From Octopus vulgaris (lineage: Eukaryota): 64,000 bases of DNA. Shown here piece by piece: positions 26,264 through 39,319 of this stretch (position 1 is its first letter; every line of letters starts with the position of its first letter). A program made the position numbers and the translations under genes. The notes beneath the pieces were generated by a model. That model did not search any database. It saw only the letters and a program-made list of their open reading frames with translations, and was not told the origin of the DNA. The DNA lies in the NCBI GenBank assembly GCA_951406725.2, contig OX597835.1:46128001-46192000 (forward strand), in the 5' to 3' direction.

Positions 26264-27190
26264 AATATCTATTTAGCCCTCCATAATCTTTCACATGGTC
26301 GTGTAGATGTAGGCGACTAAATCGGTTACCACCTCACGTTAGCTTCGTAAGAAAAATCATTTTCGTTGCGTAGTTTCTTGTAGGTAAAAGAAAAGCAAAC
26401 TTGTCAACAGCGAATGAACTTAGTGAAAAATCACTTAACAGCTGTGAGTGAGAGACCGCAAGACGTTGCCTAGACACCTTATGTAGGAGAACAACATATC
26501 GAAATAACAGCTGTCAGATTGTGAAGCCAGACGTCTTGCTCCTGGTTCTTCTGAACAACAATGCTTTTAGGTGAGAATCTTAGCGGTGTTGTGCAAGGTG
26601 TTATCGATTTAAATTTCAGTATCGGCGTTGGTGACAGCCGTTGCCTTAAACATCTCGGATAAGATAATTTGTCAGTGATTGTAATATTAGTTTATGAGTT
26701 GACGGATACTTTGTGTATATATTTGTACGTGTGTAACCATTTATGTATGCAGCTGTTTTACATTTACAGAAAAAGTTTTGGGCAGTTACTCGTAACGATA
26801 TAAGTAGCCCATCTGCAAGAGACAAAGTAGGACAACTAATGCATCGATGATGTCTGTTGAGGAGGAAACATGCATCACCAACTGTTTAATTGTCTCCAGA
26901 TAAACACGCTAGTTTTGTCAAATAGTATGTGAATTTTGGAGGAATTTTTGGTTCTTGGGATTATCTGTTCCTCCGTTTGGATTTAATCCTTAAATTCATC
27001 ATTCAGTTATTTTACACACTCTAGAAGTGTAATTAATTTCAATGAATATATATATATATGTGTGTGTGTGTATGTATGTATGTATGTATGTATGTATGTA
27101 TGTATGTATGTATGCATGCATGCATGTATGTATGTATGTATGTATGTATGCATACATGTATGTATGTATGTATGTATGTATGTACTATGT

Positions 27191-27778
27191 ATGAGGTATA
27201 AGGACTTGCCGAAGGTCTCCTTATGAGATGATTGCATCTCTCCTGACACATGGGAAGGCATAGCTATTGATCGTAGCAGGTGGAGAAGGATTGTGCATGA
27301 GGGGACAGCCACGTTTGAGAAATCTCGAGTTGCACATGAGAAAGTAAGGAGGGATGTCAGGAAGGGCATCGCTGTTACACTTCCAGAAGGGAAGGGTCTT
27401 CCTTTGATTCTGACATGCAATGTCTGTGGAAGACCCTGCCTCAGTAAAGCTGGACTCTAGAGTCATCTTCGAAGTCATAAAACGAGACAGATGAGTGACA
27501 ACCTGGCCACTGGTGGTGGTGTAACACACCATACTAATCATATCTGTCGGGCATGTGGAAGAGAGTGTAATTCGGCAGGAGGACTTAAACGACATGCAAA
27601 GGTACATGAAGCCCAGTTACAACTACAGCCGGCTATTACCAGTAAATGTCTTAGTTGCCAATTTTGTGCAAGACATTGTAGATCTTTAGCTGGGCTAAAA
27701 GGTCACATTCGATCACAGCACCAGTAACAGTTAAGCTTCGTGCAATGGCCATACTCGATAACGAGGGTGCAGCCATAA
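27191..27778 (+). mobile_element. 5'-truncated RTE LINE 3' end with three C2H2 fingers
   Basis: RYKD...TWEGIAIDRSRWRRIV..G..FE; CNVC..HLRSH, CRAC..HAKVH, CQFC..HIRSQH; two in-frame stops. Confidence 0.85.
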
Positions 27779-28074
27779 TGTATGTATGTATGAATGTATG
27801 TATGTATGTATGTATGTATGTATGTATGTATGTATGTATGTATGTATACACACACACATATATATACGAAAACTAGAAGGTAAAACATTTTAACGTTTCG
27901 AGCATATATAGTAATACTTCGATTTACAAGCGTTGAAAAGAAAAGTACTATTTTGCTACAGTAGCACATACACCTCTATAAACTATTGGCAGTTAAATAT
28001 CTTTATCACGTGCGAAATTTTTCTATATAGAAATACAGTTTACACCAGTTTACACCTCACACTTTCTGCCTTCT

Positions 28075-28123
<49 letters not shown>

Positions 28124-28279
28124 TTCATTTTCATTTTCGTTACTCTTTCATAGGATGTATTATGCATAGTATGACATATTTATATATATTCACACACACA
28201 GACACACACACACACACACGCATATATATATATATGCACACTTATATACATATGTATATATACACATATATATACACGT

Positions 28280-28326
28280 ATAGATAGATAGATAGATAGA
28301 TAGATAGATGGATAGATAGATAGATG

Positions 28327-28405
<79 letters not shown>

Positions 28406-28406
28406 G

Positions 28407-28489
<83 letters not shown>

Positions 28490-28500
28490 GGATAGATAGA
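28280..28500. repeat. (GATA)n microsatellite
   Basis: Direct inspection. Confidence 0.95.
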
Positions 28501-28569
28501 TTGGTTGCTTGATAGACTGATTAATAAATGGAAGTGTAATTTTTGTTCAAAATGTTCTAATTCTCTTGA

Positions 28570-28860
28570 TGTAAAGGTTAATTCTCCTTAATTCGTCCAT
28601 GATTTTAACTCCTTTCACCCTTCCCTTCGCCCCTCATTGAATCTTTCCTTATTTTCCTCTCCCACAATCATCTCAACCCCTTTTTTTTCTTTACTAACTT
28701 TTCCTATATATCCGATGTAGGGTTAAACCGGACACGTCACACGCTTATTCTTACTCGTAGCTTTCGCTTTGTAACACTTTTCTTCGAGCGTCAAAATAAT
28801 ATTAACTGTGAACGTCGGTTAGATTTTCTATTTGAATTCACCGTTTGTTATTGATTTGCC
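28570..28860 (+). mobile_element. Decayed PLE pLTR-like remnant
   Basis: Pyrimidine tract then CCGATGTAGGGTTAAACCGGACACGTCA, a decayed CTGATGAAGG..CCGAAACGTCA. Confidence 0.35.
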
Positions 28861-28929
28861 TATATACATGTGTATGAGCCATACATACATACATGCATAC
28901 ATACATACATACATACATACATACATACA

Positions 28930-28961
<32 letters not shown>

Positions 28962-28986
28962 CATATACATATATATATGTATGTAT

Positions 28987-29151
28987 GGAGTGGCTGTGTG
29001 GTAAGTAGCTTGCTTACCAACTACATGGTTCCGGGTTCAGTCCCACTGCATGGCACCTTGGGCAAGTGTCTTCTAATATAACCTCGGGCTGACCAACGCC
29101 TTGTGAGCTGATTTGGTAGACGGAAACTGAAAGAAGCCCGTCGTACATATG

Positions 29152-29208
<57 letters not shown>

Positions 29209-29414
29209 ATGTTTGTGTGTCTGTGTTTGTACCACTAGCATTGCTTGACAACCGATGCTGGTCTGTTTATGTCCCCGTCACCTAGCGGTTCGGCAAAAGG
29301 GACCGATAGAATAAGTACTAGGCTTACAAAGAATATGTCCCGGGGTCGAGTTGCTCGATTAAAGACGGTGCTCTAGCATGGCCGCATTCAAAATGACTGA
29401 AACAAGTAAAAGAG

Positions 29415-29417
<3 letters not shown>
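28987..29417 (+). mobile_element. SINE family A
   Basis: High similarity to 3586-4055. Confidence 0.9.
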
Positions 29418-29455
<38 letters not shown>

Positions 29456-29562
29456 GTGTGTGTATGTGTGCATATATATATATAGAGATAGATATGTGTG
29501 TGTGTATGTCTATGTATATAAATGTACCGATAAATTTACAAATACACACACACCCACACACG

Positions 29563-29595
<33 letters not shown>

Positions 29596-30379
29596 GTGTG
29601 ATACCGAGCTTTACCGGTGAATAAAATGCTCATTATATGATCATGTAAGAGCAAGTGGTGGTAGATTTCACAGTCTTACGGAGCCTTAACTTAATTCCTC
29701 AGGCTGGTTCTGCACAGGACACTCTGTAACACGTTCGGACCTATGAATTTTAGGTACCGTCCATCGGGTTTTCGATGAAACTACTGCGGTTTCAAGCCAT
29801 GGAATCTCACACAATATCTCTTGATTATGGATCGGTTGTGGATTGTGGATCAGCGTGTGCTTCAAAATATATTTGGCTGATTTGTCTGTTAGATCGAACA
29901 GACACGCTGTCATCGGTTTCTTTGACGTTGATTGCTTAATACAAAGAATCGCATTATGCTGTATTGCTTTTAACTTTATATCGCTAATGTTCTTTCATCA
30001 GTTTGTCTTTTAACTTAATTCTTAAATCAATACTTTGTTCAAGAGTAGAAATCAAACAAAATATTCCTAAAATAGTTGAATCTTAACGAATTTTGACTAG
30101 ACGAGATCTCGGGAAACACAAGTGACACACACACATTTGCATACAATTTCATTCAAAATATATTTGAAGAAAATAAAGTATTCTTTTTTAAAATTTTAAG
30201 ACAAAGTCGGCAATTTTGTGGAGAGGAGAAGTTGATTACATCGACTGCAGCAATTTCGGGGAGAGGGCAAGTGGATAAGATCTATTCCGGTGCTCAGCTG
30301 GCACTTACTTTGTCAATCCCGAAAGGATGGGGGGGGGGACAGACTCAACCTCACCGGAAATAGAATTCAGAACGTAAAT

Positions 30380-30748
30380 ACCTGTAACGAATACGTTAAT
30401 TCCAGAAATGTAATTATTTTCGTTATGTCCACATTCTAAGAAATACATCTTGACTGAATTTAAGAACAGGCCACCGAACACATTGCTTATATGCCCTGTG
30501 CTATTCCCTTCGTCTGCTTCCTTCGGAGCGTTCTTTGGTTTAAATGTCATCTGCTTTAAAGCAACTGTCAAGCCGTCTTGTCGTATTGAAATATGGCGCA
30601 GTAAATGTGTCGCCCACGAAATTCTGTGTAGCTGTAATTAAGTGAGACTTGTGTTTTTTTTAATTATTATAACACTTTCTGTAGTCTCTTAGCTGATCGA
30701 GTGCTATTCTAATTGTTACAGTCTCACCACATGCATGCATACATATTC

Positions 30749-30796
<48 letters not shown>

Positions 30797-30842
30797 CTAT
30801 AATGTATACATATAGATATATATATATAAACACAGATATATG

Positions 30843-30882
<40 letters not shown>

Positions 30883-31321
30883 CATAATGTATATACATAT
30901 ACAGATACATATATATACACATACATATATATCTATACATATATAAAAAGAATGCAAAAATGGGAGAAGAACGCGACAAGTGACAACAAAACATCCAGAC
31001 AGTTGAATGATTCAAAAAAGGACATGAAAAAACAAGGACGGGTCATACGAAGTTTTCTTTCGTCAGTCGAGTTCCAAATTATCTTTGCAGTTTCGGCAGG
31101 TTATACTCGAGATTGCTCCAATCTTGCCAGCCCCAAAGAAAATCTCAGCTAAGAGCCTTAGATTCCTTGGAAGAAAGCAGCGAATGTTTACCAAATCCAG
31201 GACGAAAAAAAAACACGGAGAAATGGTACATAAATACAAATATAAAGAAGAGGTGTCTTTCAACTAAGGACGAATTACATTAAGCTGGCTTTTGTGGCAG
31301 GGACATAAGAGATGACAAGCT
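30380..31321 (-). repeat. Inverted duplication of 32382-33320
   Basis: Mirror ORFs in the track; differences seen are a 3-bp indel and microsatellite-region variation. Confidence 0.95.
31060..31132 (-). ncRNA. Permuted hammerhead candidate (duplicate of copy 2)
   Basis: Exact reverse complement of 32571-32643. Confidence 0.65.
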
Positions 31322-31752
31322 ATCTTGATGGCGGTGGCCTCATGGAGCTGACCATGGCAGCGATTATTCTTATATCTATAAGAATGCCATATTAATATGG
31401 CGATAACAATTATATTCGGTCATTCAAAAATGAAAAAAAGGAATTATGCATTGTGCTGTATGCTTCTTAAAACAATGCTATTTTCAAGCTGCAACACTTC
31501 CTCTTAATACTTTTCAAAGGCAAGGCCAATCAGGAGCGAAACAACAATAATTACCCTTCCTAAAAGTTACGAAGACAAAGTTGATTTTTAAAATCATTTC
31601 TGTTATAGAGAGTGGCCCTAACCCCAACGGATAGACCTGAAATCTTGAGTAATGCGTGGAAAATCAGTTTTAAGCGCAGGACCTTATTGCTGTATCTTAT
31701 CGTATTGTATCTAGCGAGGGAACCCTATTCCGTTGAGCACTTTGTGTATATG
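31318..31752 (+). repeat. Direct duplication of 38774-39207
   Basis: 435 bp with 2 substitutions and 1 indel seen. Confidence 0.95.
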
Positions 31753-31929
31753 GGGGGGACAGATGGGGGGGGGACAGACTCAACCTCGCCGGAAATAGAA
31801 TTCAGAACGTAAATACAAAGGAAACGCCGGTTAACATTTTGGCCAGCGCTAAGGATTCTAGCAACTCGCCGCCATGTAATGCAACATGATAAAATGCCGA
31901 ATATATATGTGTGTGTATGTGTCTCTCTT

Positions 31930-31998
<69 letters not shown>

Positions 31999-32087
31999 TA
32001 GTTTATGAGTTGACTGCTACTTTGTGTATATATTTGTACGTGTGTAACCATTTCTGTATTCAGCTACCCTCTCTCTCTCTCTCTCTC

Positions 32088-32153
<66 letters not shown>

Positions 32154-32154
32154 C

Positions 32155-32197
<43 letters not shown>

Positions 32198-32199
<2 letters not shown>

Positions 32200-32758
32200 T
32201 GGCCTTCCCTTCATTTTCTCTCCTTTCTTCCTCTCACTTCACTCTCCCTTTTCTCTCCCTAATTCTTCTATCCCTCTGGCTCTACTTTTCTCCTCTCCTA
32301 CCACGTGACTGGTATTCTGCCATGCCTGACCTTTCTTTCTTGGTTCGACTACCATCCGTGCAACATCTATATTCCTTCCCAAGCTTGTCATCTCTTATGT
32401 CCCTGCCACAAAAGCCAGCTTAATGTAATTCGTCCTTAGTTGAAAGACACCTCTTCTTTATATTTGTATTTATGTACCATTTCTCCGTGTTTTTTTTTCG
32501 TCCTGGATTTGGTAAACATTCGCTGCTTTCTTCCAAGGAATCTAAGGCTCTTAGCTGAGATTTTCTTTGGGGCTGGCAAGATTGGAGCAATCTCGAGTAT
32601 AACCTGCCGAAACTGCAAAGATAATTTGGAACTCGACTGACGAAAGAAAACTTCGTATGACCCGTCCTTGTTTTTTCATGTCCTTTTTTGAATCATTCAA
32701 CTGTCTGGATGTTTTGTTGTCACTTGTCGCGTTCTTCTCCCATTTTTGCATTCTTTTT
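32198..32758 (+). mobile_element. ~560-bp TA-embedded element carrying the permuted hammerhead motif
   Basis: Flanked by (TA)n on both sides; pyrimidine-rich 5' part; homologous to 12235-12560. Confidence 0.65.
32571..32643 (+). ncRNA. Candidate non-circularly permuted hammerhead ribozyme with kink-turn (copy 2)
   Basis: GGCTG g CAAGATT gGA GCAA-TC-TCGAGT ataac CTGCC GAAA CTGC aaa GA t AATTTGG a ACTCGA CTGACGA; flanks TTTTCTT/AAGAAAA pair; predicted cleavage after 32592. Confidence 0.7.
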
Positions 32759-32839
32759 ATATATGTATAGATATATATGTATGTGTATATATATGTATCT
32801 GTATATGTATATACATTATGTATATATATATATATTCAT

Positions 32840-32882
32840 ATATCTGTGTTTATATATATATATCTATATGTATACATTATAG

Positions 32883-32951
<69 letters not shown>

Positions 32952-34007
32952 ATATGAATATGTATGCATGCATGTGGTGAGACTGTAACAATTAGAATAG
33001 CACTCGATCAGCTAAGAGACTACAGAAAGTGTTATAATAATTAAAAAAACACAAGTCTCACTTAATTACAGCTACACAGAATTTCGTGGGCGACACATTT
33101 ACTGCGCCATATTTCAATACAAGACGGCTTGACAGTTGCTTTAAAGCAGATGACATTTAAACCAAAGAACGCTCCGAAGGAAGCAGACGAAGGGAATAGC
33201 ACAGGGCATATAAGCAATGTGTTCGGTGGCCTGTTCTTAAATTCAGTCAAGATGTATTTCTTAGAATGTGGACATAACGAAAATAATTACATTTCTGGAA
33301 TTAACGTATTCGTTACAGGTCCTTAAATTCTTTAAGAGATACAGTTTCTCGAAAAAACTCATAGAATATCGTTTTAACACATTAATATCATAAACATTAT
33401 GAATGATTTTATTGTGTCTGGGGCATTAATTTAACACACTCGCTTGATTACCACTCATTTACTTATTTATTAAAATCTCGTTGCGACTTGCAACCTTTTC
33501 AATTGTCGTCGACTATTGAAGAGAATGATCCTCCCCAGACGCAATAAAATATGCTTCAACACACGAATTCGCATAAAGAATCTTGCAAACCAAAATACAA
33601 AAACGAAATTATTAATCATTCTAGACGAAAATTACCGAAAATGTTTCTTAGCTTGAAAGTTTTCGTTTGAGAAATACATCTTGACTGAATTTAAGAACAG
33701 TCCACCGGACACATTGCTGATATGCCCGGTGCTATTCCCTTCTTCTGCTTCCTTCGGAGCGTTCTTTGGTTTAAATGTCATCTGCTTTAAAGTAACTGTC
33801 AAGACGTCTTGTCGTATTGAAATATGGCGCAGTAAATGTTTCGCCCACGAAATTCTGGGTAGCTGTAATTAAGTGAGACTTGTGGGTTTTTTTTTTATTA
33901 TTATAACACTTTCTGTAGTCTCTTAGCTGATCGAGTGCTATTCTAATTGTTACAGCCTCACCACATGCATGCATACATGCATACATGCATACATATTCAT
34001 ATATATA

Positions 34008-34062
<55 letters not shown>

Positions 34063-34103
34063 TATATCTATCATGTATACATATACATATATATAAACAC
34101 AGA
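32840..34103. repeat. Older ~420-bp inverted repeat (32840-33261 / 33670-34103) with 408-bp spacer
   Basis: About a dozen substitutions in the ~300-bp unique part. Confidence 0.9.
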
Positions 34104-34107
34104 TATG

Positions 34108-34150
<43 letters not shown>

Positions 34151-35407
34151 AATTGTCTTCAGATTTTGTTAGAATGACTTCCTGTGCCATAGTCAAACGT
34201 GTTTTTAATATTCTATCATCTGTGTGTAGGTGTGTATTTCCTGTTTAAGTACCAGGTATTCAATAATGCCGTCTATACCATGCTGTCAATATTATTCTGT
34301 ACAATATTCCAGCTGTGTACTATTTAATTGCCTACTAAATTTTTTTTTTTTTATGACACGGAAGAAATGGTCATTTCTACAAGAAACTTCCTTGAATTTT
34401 TAATCAAACTGTGTCTGATATCTGTCTTGCTTCTATTTTTTTCTATTTTTCCTCTTCCTTCCCTCTTTCTCTCTCTTTCTCTCTCTCTCTCTTTCACTCA
34501 CTCTCTCACGCTCTCTTTGTGTGTATGTCTGTCTCTCACTCCCTTCATTTGCAGTAATACGGATCACTAACCATGAAAGGTAAAACCATAAACTTTTAAT
34601 ATAGTCGATGTCACCCGGTTGATTGCCTCTCGACGGTTCTTTTTCTCAGAAGATATTCACCTGTCGGTGACCTGTGTGTGTTCGTGTGCGTGTGTCAGTG
34701 TTCTTGCATATATATATGTATGATAGCTTTCTTAACTGTGTTTCCCACGCTTGTGGTTCGAAATATTTAATATAAGCTCTAAATTTTGCCAATGTCCACC
34801 TAAGGATCGCTTCATTACATATGTACTCATCCGCGTTGAGAGCATGCAACTTTAATCGAAATCACATTTGACACGATTATAGAACATTAGCTTACCTTTC
34901 ATAAACATTCACTTACAATAATCGCCAACTCTGGAAACACAGAACCATACAACACCTTATAAACTAAAATCAATTAACCAATAATGTAGCACGGTTTTTT
35001 TTTACAACTTCGTAACACTGCTAACAGACATATCACATTTGTACATTATTAACATCCAAAATATTAATTCTGATAAGCAACATATTTTCCTCGCTTATCA
35101 GTATTATCTCATTTACTATACACAAATCTATATTGTTCTTTCCTCCAAATTAACGCTATCGTTTTATAAATTTTATCATTATATGGAACCCCATTACTTT
35201 ATCTCTTACTATTATGGTTAGCAATTATCATCGTACATTATATCATTCATCTCACTGTATTGATCTCATATCATTTCCACATTTGCTTCTTAATTATCTC
35301 TCATATGTTTTTCCTGCTTTTTCGCTTATATTATTTATGTTGATGAACAGATATGGTGTAAAATATATTGTTTTCTGATCGTAACATAAAATAAATGAAA
35401 TACATAT

Positions 35408-35439
<32 letters not shown>

Positions 35440-35949
35440 TATAATATGTTATTGATTCTCACGGTTAATTTTCCTTGTTCGTTAACATCTATGCAAAAAT
35501 TAATAATTTGCTGCTATTAGATGTACAGAAATTTTGACATTAATTCAGTAAATTAGCCGTCCTCTTGTACATATGCATTAGAAACTAAAAGTATTTGCAA
35601 ATTTTAATTCCGCTTAGCATTTTTTTTTGTGAGCGGTAAAGATTCTACCTGCTCATCGCCTTAGTATCGTGTATAATATTGACATAAAATGAAGCTTTGT
35701 ATGGAGAAAAAGTAAAACTCCTCATGGGGCTCTAATTCACATCATGTATGAATATGATAAATACACATGCAAAGGTGTATTTTCCAAGATAAATGGAAAA
35801 GTTTTTGGTGGTATTAAAGACATGAATTTGGGGGTAAAGTGTGACTTCTAGTAATGTCTTAATGCCGAAGAAGGAATTTTCGCGACCCTAGAAAGACCGA
35901 TGTCTTCTATTGAAGTTTGGCATTTGTGTATATGGCTAGCAACCTCAAA

Positions 35950-36460
35950 CACAACCCTTGCAAAAGGGGCTCTAAATCAGTTCTGAAAACCAAGAGAAGG
36001 CGACACGCTTAGACCTTTCCGTGATGGGCTGTGAGGGCCAGCATGACGGAATCAATAGTAACGAACAGGGAAGACATAGTGCCACAGAGACAGCCCAAAA
36101 CATCTTTGACTGAAGCGGTATCGGAAGTAAAATATCATTGCAGAGAGATATCTGTGAGAACATGAAAGAACACTAAACACACTAAACTAAGTTTGACTGT
36201 GGATAAGAGCCACAAGTGCAGCAATCACTGTTTGCTCCCGGTGCATAATATTCAACTTCCTCTGCTGTCCGCCATAGAAGAATTCAAGTATGTTAAGTAT
36301 AGAGTGGTAATTATGTATAAGGACTCCTAGGATGAGTGTGTCAGGCATGCCGTTATCACCACAGGGTTTGGAAGAAAGCGGGTAGGAAGCACTACAGTCG
36401 CACAGGAGACATTCGCAATTCTCCTCCTGGTGTATTGCGTATATCTCCATATTCACTGTT
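35950..36460 (-). pseudogene. Possible highly decayed LINE (CR1/Jockey-like) ORF2 fragment
   Basis: Weak motifs only: SKMFW...PITERSK, KLNIMHRE. Confidence 0.25.
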
Positions 36461-36748
36461 GTTCTTGTTGGTAGTGTCTAAGATGATGCTATTATATCTG
36501 GTTTTGGGATTGTAAAGGACTTTACAGGACATATACCATTTTTCGAAGACATCATTTTTGAATGAGGATCAGGTCTATTTTTGTCTTCACTGATAGTGTA
36601 GCGTATTTGTTTATTTCATTTAAAATAATGAGGGTTTTCATAAGCAACTTTGCTACTGCCCTGTTATATCCAAAATTCGATGGTTTTGCACTGGTCTGCT
36701 ATCAGTTACTCTTTGAGTTAGATAATGGATTCAGCCATATATATATAT

Positions 36749-36946
36749 AGGGAGAGTTTTCGGGAAAAAAACAAAAGACGGAGGCAGGTGGTGAACAAAA
36801 CAAACAGATGTATTAGTATAACGCTCAGGAATAGAAAAAAGTCTTTTACGTTTCGAGCCTACGCACTTCTAGAGAAAGGGACACAGAAAAAATGAGAGAA
36901 ACAAGGAGGGAAAATGTGTGTAGTGGCTAGCGATCTATCATGGCGA
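36749..36946 (-). mobile_element. Third copy of the ~190-bp hammerhead-like element
   Basis: Reverse complement of 9966-10150; TA flanks. Confidence 0.75.
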
Positions 36947-37224
36947 TATCATATATATATATATGAATTTGTGTTGCAAAATTTCTGATGTGAAACCATG
37001 TGTTGAAACAGATATTGTTGTATTTCGGGATGGGCATTTCCTTTTTCTTACCAGATAAACACAGGCCGTATATATTCATTTTTCACTCGCTTACTACTGT
37101 TCATATTGTAACTCGTGTCCATTGTCCGGAGAATAAACTAAGCGGAGCAGGAGCATACACGAGGACAGAAAGTTCTGAAGAGGTCACAGAAGTGTGATGA
37201 AATATTTCCGGATAACAAACGTCC

Positions 37225-37440
37225 CTTCCGAGCTCATAAATCCGGTTTCCTAGATTCCGGTTGAACATTTCTCCACTACTTCACTTAGACAGGATGCCGA
37301 TTCGTCGCAGGATTGTTCATTTTGCTGACAGAGTTGACTAGATGAAGGGGAAATAACGTGTTAAGTACAGGAGCACGACTCATCATCCGATCCAGGAATC
37401 GAAACCGCAATCCCCTAGCTACTAGGTTACACACCTCCAC
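37225..37440 (-). mobile_element. Degenerate tRNA-SINE
   Basis: GGAATCGAAACC is a B-box reverse complement. Confidence 0.35.
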
Positions 37441-37987
37441 ACGCATATGTATGTATACATATGTGTGTGTGTGTAAATTAATATATATTTACACGGATGT
37501 GTATGCGTTGAAAAAGCGATGCCAGTTGAAAAGGGTACAGTTATTTCTAAGATAATTATTGCAGTTGAGTATTGGGAAGATACGAGTCTACGACGATCAT
37601 TACCAATTAGTGTTTCATAGAATTATTTAAATAGATACACATGGGGAATTCAGCCACAGCCCTGTCTAAATTTTACCGTTTCTTACTCACAGAATGGCAA
37701 TCCTTACTTAATAATAATCACAGCGCTTCGTTACTTCGCCATATTTTCTGAACGCAGTAACCTTTTAGAAGTTGAGTTTCACAATGAAATATCTAAAGCA
37801 ACTGGAGTTAGAAAAGATTTCAAATTTACTCCATTAAAATGCATGGTTAAAGATAGCTAATAGTTTTAAAGTTCATCATTTGTTAGATACGCGTAAGCAC
37901 ATTTTATATACATGTGTGTGTGTTTGTGTGTGTATAAGTATGTATGTGTGTATATAAGTATGTATGTATGTGTTTCTGCATGCATGT

Positions 37988-38032
<45 letters not shown>

Positions 38033-38640
38033 CATATATAGTTTATTCATCCATACATATACACAAATATACATAAGCGTATGTGTGCGTGTGTATGTGT
38101 GTCTACGTCTGTGTGTGTATATGTGTGTCTGTGTCTATGTGCTTGCGTGCGTATGCGTAACATTTATCTCTTTTTCGAGATAAGAGTGGCATTTGAACGT
38201 TTATTGAGATAAGAATCACACAAATGAATGAGAAATGAAGGCAGATGCAGCTCTTTGTTAGAAATGTTTTTTTGTTATCTTCTTTATACATGTGAGCAGT
38301 CGACACAGATCGAAGTTACGTAACTTTGCGAGACGAAGTGCTATAAAATGCAAGTGAATATTACACTGTCGTCTTTGGAGGTTTAACTCTGCTCACCGAT
38401 ATTTTCAAAATATTCGCTAAAAATGAGACGATACTTGTTTGAGTAACCTTGTCGCAATCATGTAGCAACCGTTTTACTGTTTTATGACAATAATAAGCAG
38501 AAAGATTCAAAAGGTCGTTTACACGGCCAGGGAACTCGTAGAGGATTACCACCATGACTCAGAAAAACTATATTCAGTCATAGAAATATTAAAATTACTA
38601 AGTCTCTATAAAAGTGATTATGGCAGCGTTTACTGGAAAT

Positions 38641-38868
38641 TAATTGTTATCGCCATATTAATATGGCATTCTTATAGATATAAGAATAATCGCTGCCATG
38701 GTCAGCTCCATGAGGCCACCGCCATCAAGATAGCTGTTGATACAGATATAATGGATACAGATCGTGTATCAATAGCTATCTTGATGGCGGTGGCCTCATG
38801 GAGCTGACCATGGCAGCGATTATTCTTATATCTATAAGAATGCCATATTAATATGGCGATAACAATTA
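38641..38868. repeat. Palindrome with perfect 95-bp arms containing nested palindromes
   Basis: 38641-38735 is the reverse complement of 38774-38868; pairing continues ~11 bp into the spacer. Confidence 0.95.
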
Positions 38869-39319
38869 TATTCAGTCATTCAAAAATGAAAAAAGGAATT
38901 ATGCATTGTGCTGTATGCTTCTTAAAACAATGCTATTTTCAAGCTGCAACACTTCCTCTTAATACTTTTCAAAGGCAAGGCCAATCAGGAGCGAAACAAC
39001 AATAATTACCCTTCCTAAAAGTTACGAAGACAAAGTTGATTTTTAAAATCATTTCTGTTATAGAGAGTGGCCCTAACCCCAACGGATAGACCTGGAATCT
39101 TGAGTAATGCGTGGAAAATCAGTTTTAAGCGCAGGACCTTATTGCTGTATCTTATCGTATTGTATCTAGCGAGGGAACCCTATTCCGTTGAGCACTTTGT
39201 GTATATGTGGTTCCCCCTGTCAGTTTATATCTGGTGAAAGTTTATTATATATCAGGCAATAAAGTTACCATCCTTGTAACCATGTCTGTAGAATCATGCG
39301 TAGGATACTATATAATGCT

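Larger units (their letters stand above)
30190..31873 (-). mobile_element. Old SINE family B copy interrupted by a ~1.4-kb templated insertion
   Basis: Halves 30190-30381 and 31762-31873 (..CAACTCGCCGCC); 55-bp segment duplicated on both sides of the insert. Confidence 0.7.

Noticed and set aside
26685-26754. ~70-bp match to 31996-32065
   Set aside because: Probably a fragment of an unidentified interspersed repeat; no boundaries or structure definable.
26838-26876. CGATGA...GAAACATGCA hammerhead-like trace
   Set aside because: Too degenerate; no stem II.
30305-33872. Repeated small ORFs (MTEFKN.., MQFRQV.., MKDTSS..) suggesting a gene family
   Set aside because: Identity is fully explained by the local duplications; no recognisable domains.
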